Made by a program: the position numbers and the translations under genes | Shown: piece after piece, positions 39,647 through 49,715 of the stretch | How the letters are laid out: each line of letters opens with the position of its first letter | Position numbering within the stretch: the stretch's first letter is position 1 | Notes under the pieces: generated by a model | Seen by the model: only the letters and a program-made list of their open reading frames with translations | What the model was told of the DNA's origin: nothing | Databases searched by the model: none | From: a bacterium | GTDB taxonomy: Bacteria; UBA8248 | Assembly: GCA_965203325.1 (NCBI GenBank) | Contig: OZ241875.1 | Coordinates: 1,856,001 to 1,920,000, forward strand | Length of the DNA: 64,000 bases | Direction of reading: 5' to 3'

Positions 39647-39734
39647 CGGCGGTTCTCCTTATGGCGTCGTTCATTCAGAAATTTTGCTACAATGGCGAAA
39701 ACATTCGTTTCTCTCATTCATAGCGAGGTATCTC

Positions 39735-40160
39735 ATGAACTTCGAAGATGCAAGACCGTTTATGGAGAAAAACCACAAGGGCATGGTCACGAGCTTAAGG
39801 CCGGACGGCACGGCGCAATCGAGCATCATCGTCTGTGGGGCGTATGAGGATTGCGCCGCGTTCGTCATCGTGCGCGGCTGGTCGGTCAAGCTCAAGAACC
39901 TGCGCAAGAACCCCCAGTGCACGGTGCTCTACGTCACCCCCGACTGGCGCACCTGGGTGAGCGTGGAGGGCAAGGCCAGACTGTTCGACTACGAAAACAC
40001 CGAAAAAGAGGAAATGCGCGTGATGTTCCGCGAGGTGTTCCGCGCCTGCGGGGATTCGAACCACCCCGACTGGGAGGAATACGACCAAGCGATGATAGAC
40101 CAGGGCGCGGTCGCCGTACTGGTCACGCCTGAGCGCGTCTACGGGCGTCTGCCGGCTTAA
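39735..40160 (+). CDS. PPOX-class (pyridoxamine 5'-phosphate oxidase-like, possibly F420-dependent) protein
   Basis: TSLRPDGTAQSS, KLKNLRKNP, WVSVEG, HPDWEEYDQAM. Confidence 0.85.
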   Translation: MNFEDARPFMEKNHKGMVTSLRPDGTAQSSIIVCGAYEDCAAFVIVRGWSVKLKNLRKNPQCTVLYVTPDWRTWVSVEGKARLFDYENTEKEEMRVMFREVFRACGDSNHPDWEEYDQAMIDQGAVAVLVTPERVYGRLPA

Positions 40161-41086
40161 TTCTCGATCGACTCCAGGAAAGCGGCGATTCCCTCCTCGA
40201 GCGAGAAGCTGTGCCGCCAGCCGGTTTTTTTCGCAAACGCGCGCGCGTCGAGGCCGATTCTGAACACCTCGCCCGGGCGCAGGGGCGCTTTTTCCACGCT
40301 CACGGGGTTTTTCCCCATGCGGCGGCAGAGGATCTCGAGCAGCGCCTCGACTTCGGTGATGACGCCGGTGCCGATGTTGTAGACGCCGCCGTCCGCACCG
40401 CCCTTCCCCGCCGTGAGGAACGCTTCGACCACGTCTTTCACGAAGACGTAATCGCGCCCTGCGCGTCCGTGCCCGTATAGGGTGAGGGATTCTCCTTTCG
40501 TGAGTTTTTCCGCGAAAATCGATATCACGCCCGCATCGAGCGTCGCGCGCTGCCTCGGCCCATAGACGTTGGCCAGACGCAGCGAGACGACGGGAAGCCC
40601 GAAATGCGCCCCGTAGAAGGCGAGATACCGCTCGCCCGCCACCTTGCTCATCCCGTAGTGCGAAGCGGGGGCGAGGGGGCAGCTCTCGTTCACGATTTCC
40701 TCTTCCGGATCGCCGTAGCACGCCCCGCCCGTGGCGGCGTAGACGACCCGTGGTGACGCATCCATGCTCCTGGCCGCCTCGAGAACACTCAGCGTGCCCA
40801 TGACGTTCGCCCGCGCGTCGAGTTCGGGTTCGGCCAGGCTGTGCGTTACGCTCGACTGGGCTGCCAGATGATGGATGACGGCGGGACGCGCCTCTGCCAC
40901 CAAGCGGCGCATGAACTCCGCATCGGCCACATCGCCTTCTCGGAAAACGGCGCCCGGCGGGACATCCTCCACCAGGCCGGACGCGAGATTATCCACCACC
41001 CAGACGGTATCGCCCGCCTCTAGACAAGCTTCCGCCACATGGGAACCGACGAAGCCTGCGCCTCCCGTCACCAATACGTTCGCCAT
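40157..41086 (-). CDS. NAD-dependent epimerase/dehydratase (UDP-glucose 4-epimerase-like)
   Basis: VTGGAGFVGS, YGMSK, LRLANVYGPRQ, RDYVFVKD. Confidence 0.92.
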   Translation of the reverse strand: MANVLVTGGAGFVGSHVAEACLEAGDTVWVVDNLASGLVEDVPPGAVFREGDVADAEFMRRLVAEARPAVIHHLAAQSSVTHSLAEPELDARANVMGTLSVLEAARSMDASPRVVYAATGGACYGDPEEEIVNESCPLAPASHYGMSKVAGERYLAFYGAHFGLPVVSLRLANVYGPRQRATLDAGVISIFAEKLTKGESLTLYGHGRAGRDYVFVKDVVEAFLTAGKGGADGGVYNIGTGVITEVEALLEILCRRMGKNPVSVEKAPLRPGEVFRIGLDARAFAKKTGWRHSFSLEEGIAAFLESIEN

Positions 41087-41259
41087 CTCGGATCCTCAAC
41101 CTATGTCATATCGAAACCGATATTTCAGTATGAAACCAACCATCATGGATTGCGGCGCGGATTTCAACCACGGGCCACGTTTTGCCGGAACCGCCCGCTC
41201 CTGATAGCCTTGGGCGCAAGTTCCAAGGCAAATGAGTTCGTTGCAAGGAGAAATCCGGT

Positions 41260-42252
41260 TTGGCCAGATACCTCGTCACGGGCGCTGCGGGCTTCATCGC
41301 GTCCAGGGTGTGCGAATTCCTGTTGGATGATGATCACGCCGTCGTGGGTATCGACGACATGAACGACGCCTACGACACCCGACTGAAGGACTACCGCCTC
41401 GCGCGCCTGAAGGCGCGGCCCGGTTTCGTTTTTCACGAAGCCGACATCACTCGTTCCGACACCCTGCGCGCGCTGTTCGCAGAAAACGCCGGAGGCGGCG
41501 CCCCGCCTTTCGACGCCGTTCTGAACCTGGCCGCGCGCGCTGGCGTGCGGCAATCCATCGAGAATCCCTGGGGCTATTTCGAGACCAACGTCACCGGCGC
41601 ACTGAACCTGCTCGAACTCTGCAAGGATTTCGGCGTCACCAAGTTCGTGCTCGCCTCCACCTCGAGCGCCTACGGGGCGGATACGCCCTCGCCTTTTCGG
41701 GAGGACGCCCCGACCGACAGGCCGCTTTCCCCCTACGCGGCTTCCAAGAAAGCGGCCGAGGCGCTCTGCCACACATACCACCACCTGTTCGGGATCGACG
41801 TGAGCGTGCTGCGCTACTTCACCGTCTACGGCCCGGCGGGGCGGCCCGACATGAGCCTGTTCCGCTTCACGCAGTGGATAGCCGAGGAAAAACCCGTTCT
41901 CGTCTATGGCGACGGTAAGCAGTCGCGCGATTTCACCTACGTGGACGACATCGCCAGAGGCACGATAGCGGCCATCAGGCCGGTCTCTTATGAGATCATC
42001 AACCTGGGATCGGACGAGCCCGTCGTCTTAAGCGACGCCATCGCCCGCATCGAAACCCTCACGGAGAAGAAGGCCCGGATTCGTTATGAGGAGAGCAACC
42101 CCGCCGACGTCAAGGCCACCTGGGCGAACATCGACAAGGCGGAAAGACTCCTGGGCTGGCGACCCCGAGTGAGGCTCGCAGACGGCCTCGCGCATCTGGT
42201 GGAGTGGTACGCCGCCAACCGCGAATGGGCGAAAGAGGTGCGCACCGACTAG
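41260..42252 (+). CDS. NAD-dependent epimerase (UDP-glucuronate 4-epimerase-like)
   Basis: VTGAAGFI, LAARAGVR, YAASKK, RYFTVYGPAGRPDM, RDFTYVDD. Confidence 0.92.
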   Translation: MARYLVTGAAGFIASRVCEFLLDDDHAVVGIDDMNDAYDTRLKDYRLARLKARPGFVFHEADITRSDTLRALFAENAGGGAPPFDAVLNLAARAGVRQSIENPWGYFETNVTGALNLLELCKDFGVTKFVLASTSSAYGADTPSPFREDAPTDRPLSPYAASKKAAEALCHTYHHLFGIDVSVLRYFTVYGPAGRPDMSLFRFTQWIAEEKPVLVYGDGKQSRDFTYVDDIARGTIAAIRPVSYEIINLGSDEPVVLSDAIARIETLTEKKARIRYEESNPADVKATWANIDKAERLLGWRPRVRLADGLAHLVEWYAANREWAKEVRTD

Positions 42253-42354
42253 TAAAACCGTTCTCTCCGGCGAATTTTCCCCGACCGTTACCCCTTCGGG
42301 GCGCGATGCACTAGACTCACTGAATACTTTCACCTGTATACGGCAGGAGACGAC

Positions 42355-43395
42355 ATGAAGGCGATGGTATTGGCGGAGCCGGGCGCGCCGTTCGTTCTGG
42401 AAGAACGGCCCATCCCCGTGGCGGGGCCGGGCGAGGCCGTGGCGCGCGTGCTGGCCTGTGGTTCGGGGCTTACAATCGAGCATACCCGGGCGGGCCGCAT
42501 GGGCGGGAATTTCCCGCTCGTGATCGGACACGAAATTACCGCAGAGATCACGCAGGTGGGCGCGGGCGTGGAGGGCCTCAGCGAGGGCGCGCCCGTGACG
42601 GCGTATTATTACTTCACCTGCGGGCGCTGCCGCTGGTGCCGCGTGAACCGCGAGACCCTGTGCGAGAACCTCGCCGGGCAGGTCGGCCGCCAGGTGGACG
42701 GCGGCTACGCCGAGTACATCAAGCTGCCCGCCCGGAATTTCATCCCCCTGCCCGAGGGGCTGGACTACAAGGCGCACCCCGCCGAGGTCGGCGTCATCTC
42801 GGACGCCATCGCCACGCCGTATAAGGTGTTACGCCACGCAGGCGTGCGCCCCATGGAGAACGTTGCCGTGGTGGGCGCGGGCGGCGGCGTGGGAATCCAC
42901 ATGGTGATGATGGCGCGCTGGGCGGGCGCGCGCGTCATCGCCGTCGACGTGACGGCGGACAAGCTGGGCAAATGCCGCGACATGGGCGCGCACGACGCGG
43001 TGGACGCCTCTCAAGAGAACCTGGGCGAGGCGTTTCGGGATTTGACCGGTGGCGCGGGCGTGGACGTCGTCGTCGATTTCGTCTGCACCGCTGAGGGGGT
43101 CGAGGGCGGCCTGCGCGGGCTGGGCAAGGGGGGCCGCTTTCTCGCCATGGGGGCGAACCGGATAGAACGGTTTCCGTTCTCTCCGCGTGAGTTGCTCCGC
43201 GAGGAGCAGCAGATCATGGGCAGCCGCTACGCCAATAAACAGGAGGTCATCGACTCGCTCGAACTCGTGGCGCGCGGCGATGTCTGGCCCCTGGTGAGCG
43301 AGACCTATCCGCTCGAAGAAGCCAACCTCGTGCACGAGCGCTTGCGTGAGGGCCGAGTCACCGGACGCGCCGCCCTAGTAATGTCTCAAGAATAG
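42355..43395 (+). CDS. MDR-family (Zn-type) alcohol dehydrogenase
   Basis: GHE, structural CGRCRWC...C, GAGGGVG. Confidence 0.88.
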   Translation: MKAMVLAEPGAPFVLEERPIPVAGPGEAVARVLACGSGLTIEHTRAGRMGGNFPLVIGHEITAEITQVGAGVEGLSEGAPVTAYYYFTCGRCRWCRVNRETLCENLAGQVGRQVDGGYAEYIKLPARNFIPLPEGLDYKAHPAEVGVISDAIATPYKVLRHAGVRPMENVAVVGAGGGVGIHMVMMARWAGARVIAVDVTADKLGKCRDMGAHDAVDASQENLGEAFRDLTGGAGVDVVVDFVCTAEGVEGGLRGLGKGGRFLAMGANRIERFPFSPRELLREEQQIMGSRYANKQEVIDSLELVARGDVWPLVSETYPLEEANLVHERLREGRVTGRAALVMSQE

Positions 43396-43418
43396 AAGAC
43401 GCTTTCAGGCGAGGCCGC

Positions 43419-44879
43419 TCAACCCAAACCCACCGCTTCCTCCCCGAAGCGCTCGATCGTCTCGAGCGTCTCGCGCACGTCGTCCCAGGTCGTGTTGTGG
43501 TTGATGATGCAGAACCGGAGCGCGAACTTCCCCTTGAGAAGGGTAGAGGACACGAACGCCTTGTCGTCCCAGAAGATGCGGGCGAGAACCGATCTGTTGA
43601 CCTCCTCCAGCGCTTCCTCGTCCAGGCCGGCCTCCGCCGGATTGACCCGGAAGCAAACGATGCCCAGCGAGACGGGCGTCAGCATCTCCAGAACCGGACT
43701 CTCTCGAACGTACTCTTGCGTCTTATCGGCAAGTTCCATCCCCCTCGAGACGGCGCGCCTGAACGCGTCCATCCCGAAAGTCTGGACCGACATCCAGACC
43801 TTGAGCGCCCGGAACGAGCGGCTCAGCTGCAGGCCGCGGTCCGAGAAGTTCGGGTGGTTCGCGCCCCATATCGTGTCCTGAAGAATATCGTGCCGAACCG
43901 CAAACGCCTTTTCGAGCGTTTTCACGTCCTTTACGAGCAGCGCGCCCGCCTCGTAGGGCTGGAAGAACCATTTGTGCGCGTCCATCCCGATGGAATCGGC
44001 GCGCTCCATGCCGCCGAGGAGCTTTTTGCCCCGCTCGGTGACGGTCGCGAAGCCGCCGTAGGCGGCGTCGACGTGCAGCCAGATGCCCTGCGCCTCGCAG
44101 AAATCCGCCATCTCCCCCAGCGGGTCGATAGCCCCCGTGCTGACTGCGCCGGCGTTGGCGCACACCGCGATGGGGTGAAGCCCGGAAGCGCGGTCCTCGG
44201 CTACGGCGCGTGCGAGCACCTCCAAATCCAGGCGGAAGCGCGCGTCGCTCGGGAGTAGCCTGATGCGCTCGGGCCGGACCCCGATAATGCGCGCCGCGCG
44301 AATGTGCGCGCTGTGGCTCTGGTCGCTCATGTACACGCTCGCGCGGTCGGGATGACCCGCCGCTTCACGCGCCGCGACGAAGGCGTCCAGGCTCGCCGCC
44401 GAACCCCCGCTCGTGAAAAGCCCGCCCGCGCTCTCGGGATAGCCGATCCAGCGTCTAAACCAGTCGATGACGACCAGTTCGAGTTGGCTCGGGCCGCTCG
44501 CGACCAGCCAGGTGCATTGATTGATATGGAAGCCCGAGGCCATGAAGTCGGCCAGCACCCCGGGCCAGGTGGGCGAGGTTGAAACGAACGCGAGGGAACG
44601 GGGATGGTCCAGACGTAACGAAAACGGGAGAATATCGCGCGCGGCGCGCTCTAAAACCTCCGCAGCAGGGCGGCCGGCCTCGGGCGGCGCCTCCATCAGT
44701 TGCTTTTCGAGCTCCTGCTGAAAATCCCCATCCCAGGCGCCCTCACCGGGAAGGGTTTCGATTCGCTCCACCAGGAGTTCCGCTGCCCTGCGCGCCAGAT
44801 CGAGCATCTGTTCGGGCGCCATCCGGAGTCCATCGCCCTCCTCAGCCTGCGCTTCTCTTCTACCTTCCGATTTCTCCAT
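43419..44879 (-). CDS. PLP-dependent group II aromatic amino acid decarboxylase-family enzyme (copy 1)
   Basis: SGGS, HVDAAYGG, DAHKW (PLP lysine), QLSRSFRALK. Confidence 0.92.
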   Translation of the reverse strand: MEKSEGRREAQAEEGDGLRMAPEQMLDLARRAAELLVERIETLPGEGAWDGDFQQELEKQLMEAPPEAGRPAAEVLERAARDILPFSLRLDHPRSLAFVSTSPTWPGVLADFMASGFHINQCTWLVASGPSQLELVVIDWFRRWIGYPESAGGLFTSGGSAASLDAFVAAREAAGHPDRASVYMSDQSHSAHIRAARIIGVRPERIRLLPSDARFRLDLEVLARAVAEDRASGLHPIAVCANAGAVSTGAIDPLGEMADFCEAQGIWLHVDAAYGGFATVTERGKKLLGGMERADSIGMDAHKWFFQPYEAGALLVKDVKTLEKAFAVRHDILQDTIWGANHPNFSDRGLQLSRSFRALKVWMSVQTFGMDAFRRAVSRGMELADKTQEYVRESPVLEMLTPVSLGIVCFRVNPAEAGLDEEALEEVNRSVLARIFWDDKAFVSSTLLKGKFALRFCIINHNTTWDDVRETLETIERFGEEAVGLG

Positions 44880-45095
44880 TACGCATCCCCACCTCTTTGT
44901 GACATCGGAATAGAATATGGAGCGGCTTCAAAGAGACTCATGAAGAGCCCTGCTCCAAGCGCCCTGTTCTACCCAAAAGGATACACATCACACAGATAGC
45001 GAACGATATTCGATTCCTTTCAGTCCCGTTTCCGGTGACTTGACCGGCAAATATCCAACCGCTACAGAAATCGGGAAACGCAGGGAAACGACCTC

Positions 45096-46562
45096 CTAAC
45101 CATTTTCCTTTACCAAAGCCTCCCCTCCGAAGCGCTCGATCGTCTCGAGCGTCTCGCGCACGTCGTCCCAGGTCGTGTTGTGATTGATGATGCAGAACCG
45201 GAGCGCGAACTTCCCCTTGAGAAGGGTGGAGGACACGAACGCCTTGTCGTCCCAGAAGATGCGGGCGAGAACCGTTCTGTTGATCTCCTCCAGCGCTTCC
45301 TCGTCCAGGCCGGCCTCCGCCGGATTGACCCGGAAGCAAACGATGCCCAGCGAGACGGGCGTCAGCATCTCCAGATGCGGGCTTTCGCGAACGTACGCCT
45401 CGGCACGCTCGGCCAACTCCATGCCCCTGGAAACAGCGCGCCTGAACGCGGCCATGCCGAAGGTCTGCACCGACATCCAGACCTTGAGCGCCCGGAACGA
45501 GCGGCTCAGTTGCAGGCCGCGATCCGAGAAGTTCGGGTGGTTCGCGCCCCATATCGTGTCCTGGAGAATGTCGTGGCGCACCGCGAAGGCGCGCTCGAGC
45601 GTTTTCACGTCCTTCACGAGCAGGGCGCCCGCCTCGTAGGGCTGGAAGAACCACTTGTGCGCGTCCATCCCGATCGAATCGGCGCGCTCCATGCCGCTGA
45701 GGAGTTCCTTGCCCCGCTCGGTGACGGTCGCGAAGCCACCGTAGGCGGCGTCGACGTGCAGCCAGACCCCCTGCGCCTCGCAGAAATCCGCCATCTCCAC
45801 AAGCGGATCGACGGCCCCCGTACTGGAGGCGCCCGCGTTGGCGCACACCGCGATGGGGTGGAGCCCCGCCGCGCGATCTTCCGCCACGGCGCGCGCGAGC
45901 GCTTCCATGTCCAGGCGGAAGCGTTCATCACACGGAAGAAGCCTGATGCGCTCGGGCCGAATACCGATGATCTTTGCCGCGCGGACGTGCGCGCTGTGAC
46001 TCTGATCGGCCATGTAGACGCTCGCGCGCTCGGGATGACCCGCCGCTTCGCGCGCCGCGACGAAGGCGTCCAGGCTCGCCGCCGACCCCCCGCTCGTGAA
46101 AAGCCCGCCCGCGCTCTCGGGATAGCCGATCCAGCGCCTAAACCAGTCGATGACGACCAGTTCGAGCTGGCTCGGGCCGCTCGCGACCAGCCAGGTGCAT
46201 TGATTGACGTGGAAGCCCGAGGCCATGAAGTCGGCCAGCACACCGGGCCAGGTGGGCGAGGAGGGGATGAAGCCGAAGAAGCGGGGATGATCGTTGCGCC
46301 CCGTGAGGGGAAGTATCTCACGCGCGGCGCGCTCCAGAACCTCCACCGCGGGCCGTCCGTCCTCGGGTGGAGCCTCCATCAGTTGTTTTTCGAGCTCCTG
46401 CTGAAAGTCTCCGTCCCAGGCGCCTTCCCCGGGAAGGTTTTCGGTTCGCTCCACCAGGAGTTCCGCCGCCCTGCGCGCCAGAGCGAGCATCGACTCGGGC
46501 GTCATGCGGAGGCCGTCGTCTCCAAAGTCCGACGCCTCTCTTCTCTCGGAACTCACCATCAT
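45096..46562 (-). CDS. PLP-dependent group II aromatic amino acid decarboxylase-family enzyme (copy 2)
   Basis: HPRFFGF, SGGS, HVDAAYGG, DAHKW; highly similar paralogue of 43419-44879. Confidence 0.92.
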   Translation of the reverse strand: MMVSSERREASDFGDDGLRMTPESMLALARRAAELLVERTENLPGEGAWDGDFQQELEKQLMEAPPEDGRPAVEVLERAAREILPLTGRNDHPRFFGFIPSSPTWPGVLADFMASGFHVNQCTWLVASGPSQLELVVIDWFRRWIGYPESAGGLFTSGGSAASLDAFVAAREAAGHPERASVYMADQSHSAHVRAAKIIGIRPERIRLLPCDERFRLDMEALARAVAEDRAAGLHPIAVCANAGASSTGAVDPLVEMADFCEAQGVWLHVDAAYGGFATVTERGKELLSGMERADSIGMDAHKWFFQPYEAGALLVKDVKTLERAFAVRHDILQDTIWGANHPNFSDRGLQLSRSFRALKVWMSVQTFGMAAFRRAVSRGMELAERAEAYVRESPHLEMLTPVSLGIVCFRVNPAEAGLDEEALEEINRTVLARIFWDDKAFVSSTLLKGKFALRFCIINHNTTWDDVRETLETIERFGGEALVKENG

Positions 46563-47042
46563 GCCTCCACTGTCGTCCGGAACGATTGAAATACGTCGTG
46601 GGTCCAAGACGCCGGCGCAGGGCCCCGCCTCGCTCAACTCCCTTCACCGGAAGCTCGGACTTAAAGCGGAAATACCGGGATTTCTTCGATTCTATATCTA
46701 ACCACTATGGCCGACCGGCGTCATCCAGTCAAGAAAACTCCCAGGTATTCCATTCCCGCCGGAGCGCCGGCGGCATCCGGTCCAAGGCGCCGAAAGCGGT
46801 ATTGCGCCAGAAACATGACTATGAGTTGCCAAACATGAAGAAATTCTATATCGTAGGGAGCGCATTTCTTGGAGATGCAGTTCTGAATGACTACGTTGCC
46901 TATCCAGGAATTCGGTGGATGGGCTTGCGTTTATGTGAGATAATAAGGTATTACCCTAGGCACGTTACGTTTGTTGCCCATGCATACACTCTCGGGGTGT
47001 AGGGTCAGAGGAATCTCACGCTGTTGGGAGGCAGAGCCAAGC

Positions 47043-47381
47043 ATGGAAATTAAGACTGAGCAGGAAAGCGGGACGTTGGTCGTGCAGGTTGACGGCCGCA
47101 TCGACGGCGCCACCGCCCCGGATTTCGAGAGCACCATCAAGAACGTAATCAGCGAAGACGACCGCGCCGTCATCGTTAATTTCGAGGGAGTCTCGTATAT
47201 CAGCAGCGCCGGCCTCCGCGCCGTTCTTCTCGTCGCCAAGCAGCTTAGTCAAAGCAACACGAAGTTCGCCCTGTACGCGCTCGGAGAACTGACGCGCGAG
47301 GTTTTCGAGATATCCGGCTTCGACCGCATCATTCAGATCCACAACTCGAAAGCGGACGCCCTCGCCGCGACCGCGAACTGA
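47043..47381 (+). CDS. STAS-domain anti-sigma-factor antagonist (RsbV/SpoIIAA-like)
   Basis: VDGRID, VSYISSAGL phospho-Ser motif, VFEISGF. Confidence 0.92.
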   Translation: MEIKTEQESGTLVVQVDGRIDGATAPDFESTIKNVISEDDRAVIVNFEGVSYISSAGLRAVLLVAKQLSQSNTKFALYALGELTREVFEISGFDRIIQIHNSKADALAATAN

Positions 47382-47389
47382 CGGCCGGA

Positions 47390-47417
47390 GGCGAAGAAGG
47401 AAAAACCTTTTTTCGCC
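47390..47417. terminator. hairpin between convergent STAS and kinase genes
   Basis: GGCGAAGAAGG-AAAAA-CCTTTTTTCGCC. Confidence 0.5.
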
Positions 47418-47525
47418 GTCTGACCTCCTGGATTCGCGAGTCGCGGCTTTCGCCGTGCCCCCCCAACCATCTTTCGTCTTCCTCGATATTTTCTCGAATC
47501 TTTTCGGGCAGGAAGTCAGCGCGGA

Positions 47526-49715
47526 TCACCGCGGCAATTCGACGATCATTTCCGTGAATTCGTCCGGCTCGGTTTCGACCCGTATGTTTCCCCCATGCTG
47601 ACGAATAATGTCGCTGGATAGAGAAAGGCCGAGCCCGGTGCCCTTGTCCGTCGGCTTGGTCGTGAAGAAGGGGTTGAATATCTTCTCGACGACCTCAGGC
47701 GGCATCCCGCTCCCGTTGTCGCGAATGCGGACCTCGATGCCGTCCGGCCTGCACCTGGTAACGAGCTTCAGCGTGGGATCGTAGCGCGGCGCATCTTCGA
47801 CAGAGGCGACTTTTTGCCGTTTCTCATGGGTGGCGTAGCAGGCGTTGCTCACCATGTTCAGGAAGACGCGGCCCAGATCCTGCGGAATGACCTCGCATTC
47901 CACCATATCCGGATCCAAATCCCAATCGAGCGTGAGGTTGAAATTTGGGTCTGCCGCCCGTGCGCTGTGGTAGGCGAGGCGCGCGTGTTCGTCGAGCAGG
48001 GTGTTGATGTTGGTCGGCTGCGCCTCTCCCGAACCCCTGCCCATCTGGAGCATGCTCTCCACGATGTTGTTGGCCCGCTCCCCGTGTTCGCGGATGCGCT
48101 GGAGGTTGCCGGTGAGGTCTTCTCCGATTTCGGTGATGAGCTCGATCGGATCCTCTTCGTCCTGCTTTTTCTCCTCCTTGTCCTCCTGCGGTTCCTGCCC
48201 GTTTTCCTGCCCGTTGCCGCCGTGAGCCGCCATCTTCTCCAACTCTTCCATCAACTCCTCCATCAGCTCTTCGGAGACTTCCGAGAAGTTCTTGATGAAG
48301 TTCAGCGGATTTCTGATCTCGTGAGCCACGCCCGCCGTCAATTCACCGAGCGCCGCGAGTTTTTCGCGCATGACAATCTGATCCTGCGCCTTTTCCAGAT
48401 CGCCGAGCGCGCTTTCGAGTTCCTCGTTTTTGCCCTTGATCTCCTCGGCCAGTTTCTCCACCAGGTTGAGGCGCTGCACCTCCAAGGCATGGCGGCGGAA
48501 GATTTCGAGCGCTGCGGCCATTTCCGCGACTTCGTCCTGCCCGCCGATATCGACTTTCTCCTCCAGATCGCCGTCGGCCATGCGGCGCATGCGGTCCGAG
48601 AGCCGACCGAGTCGACGCGAAAGCACACGGCCGATGAACAGCCAGCCGATCAGCACGGCGCCGATGAAACTGATGGCGCTCAGCGCGAGCAGGATGTTGC
48701 TGCCGGTGCTGATGGCCTGGGCGGAATCCTGGGTGGCCTGCTTCGCGCTCTTGCGGGCCGTGCCCACCAGCGTTTCGGTGGCGGCCAGAATTTTCGCTTC
48801 CTGAGATTCGTGAAACGCGAGCAACTCGCCCTGTTTCCTCTCGAGCGCCAGTTCACGCGCGCGCAGATTGAAACCGCCATCCTCCCCGATGCTCAACTCG
48901 ATCATCTGTTCGAAGAGAGGCTCGAGAGCCGCGCGCACCGGAACCTTTCCAAGCGCGTTCATACGCCGCCGGATACCGCGCGCCGTGGCCTCGAAGCGCT
49001 CGCGCAACGGCTCGATCTGGGCGGCGTCCGATACGCTGAAAGCGGTGGCGAGAAGCTGGGTCGCGATAGTGGCGTCCGACCGCAAGCCGGCGATGTAGCG
49101 GTAGAGGTTAAACCCCTCCTCCGAGAAGTGCTTTTCACGGGGAACGGGCGCCGCGTCGATTTTGCCGTAACCCGTCATCGCGTAGAACAACTGATCGTCG
49201 ATGGCGGGAACCATGACGTTGTTCAGCTCCTTGCGCACCCATGTGAGCTGGAGTTGCAGGGTATCGCGCAGATCGGTGAGATCGAAGCGCTGCAGCACCA
49301 ATCGTTTGATGGCATTGAGGTTCTCTATCAGCACGTCTCCGAGCTTCTTGATGCGCAAGGAGATTTCCTCATTCCCTTCCTGGCGAATCAGCGCCGCAAG
49401 CGCCGTCTCGAACGCCTCCTGGTCCTTGGCGACCTCGGTGGCTATTTGGTCCAGGATGTCAGGGTTCACCACTGCGGCCAGCCGCGGCGCGGCGGCCACC
49501 AGGGCGGTGCTCTCCTGGGCGATTCCGAAGGCGCTCGCCAGGAACGGGACGGTGCCTTCGTTCACGCGGTTCTGCACCTCGCCCACGAACCCGAACGAGA
49601 CCCATGCAACCACGCTCGCGATGACGGTGAGAGAAGCGGCGGCGCCGATGCTGAGGTAGAGTTGCGTCGATATCTGGTAACGCTTGTCCAGGAGGTTCTT
49701 CAGCGCGCTTTTCAT
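47526..49715 (-). CDS. membrane sensor histidine kinase (large helical TorS-like periplasmic domain, HAMP, HisKA, HATPase)
   Basis: Two TM segments, HAMP (DEVAEMA), AHEIRNP, NMVSNA, DNGSG, FFTTK, GTGLGL; TorS resemblance judged by eye. Confidence 0.9.
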   Translation of the reverse strand: MKSALKNLLDKRYQISTQLYLSIGAAASLTVIASVVAWVSFGFVGEVQNRVNEGTVPFLASAFGIAQESTALVAAAPRLAAVVNPDILDQIATEVAKDQEAFETALAALIRQEGNEEISLRIKKLGDVLIENLNAIKRLVLQRFDLTDLRDTLQLQLTWVRKELNNVMVPAIDDQLFYAMTGYGKIDAAPVPREKHFSEEGFNLYRYIAGLRSDATIATQLLATAFSVSDAAQIEPLRERFEATARGIRRRMNALGKVPVRAALEPLFEQMIELSIGEDGGFNLRARELALERKQGELLAFHESQEAKILAATETLVGTARKSAKQATQDSAQAISTGSNILLALSAISFIGAVLIGWLFIGRVLSRRLGRLSDRMRRMADGDLEEKVDIGGQDEVAEMAAALEIFRRHALEVQRLNLVEKLAEEIKGKNEELESALGDLEKAQDQIVMREKLAALGELTAGVAHEIRNPLNFIKNFSEVSEELMEELMEELEKMAAHGGNGQENGQEPQEDKEEKKQDEEDPIELITEIGEDLTGNLQRIREHGERANNIVESMLQMGRGSGEAQPTNINTLLDEHARLAYHSARAADPNFNLTLDWDLDPDMVECEVIPQDLGRVFLNMVSNACYATHEKRQKVASVEDAPRYDPTLKLVTRCRPDGIEVRIRDNGSGMPPEVVEKIFNPFFTTKPTDKGTGLGLSLSSDIIRQHGGNIRVETEPDEFTEMIVELPR

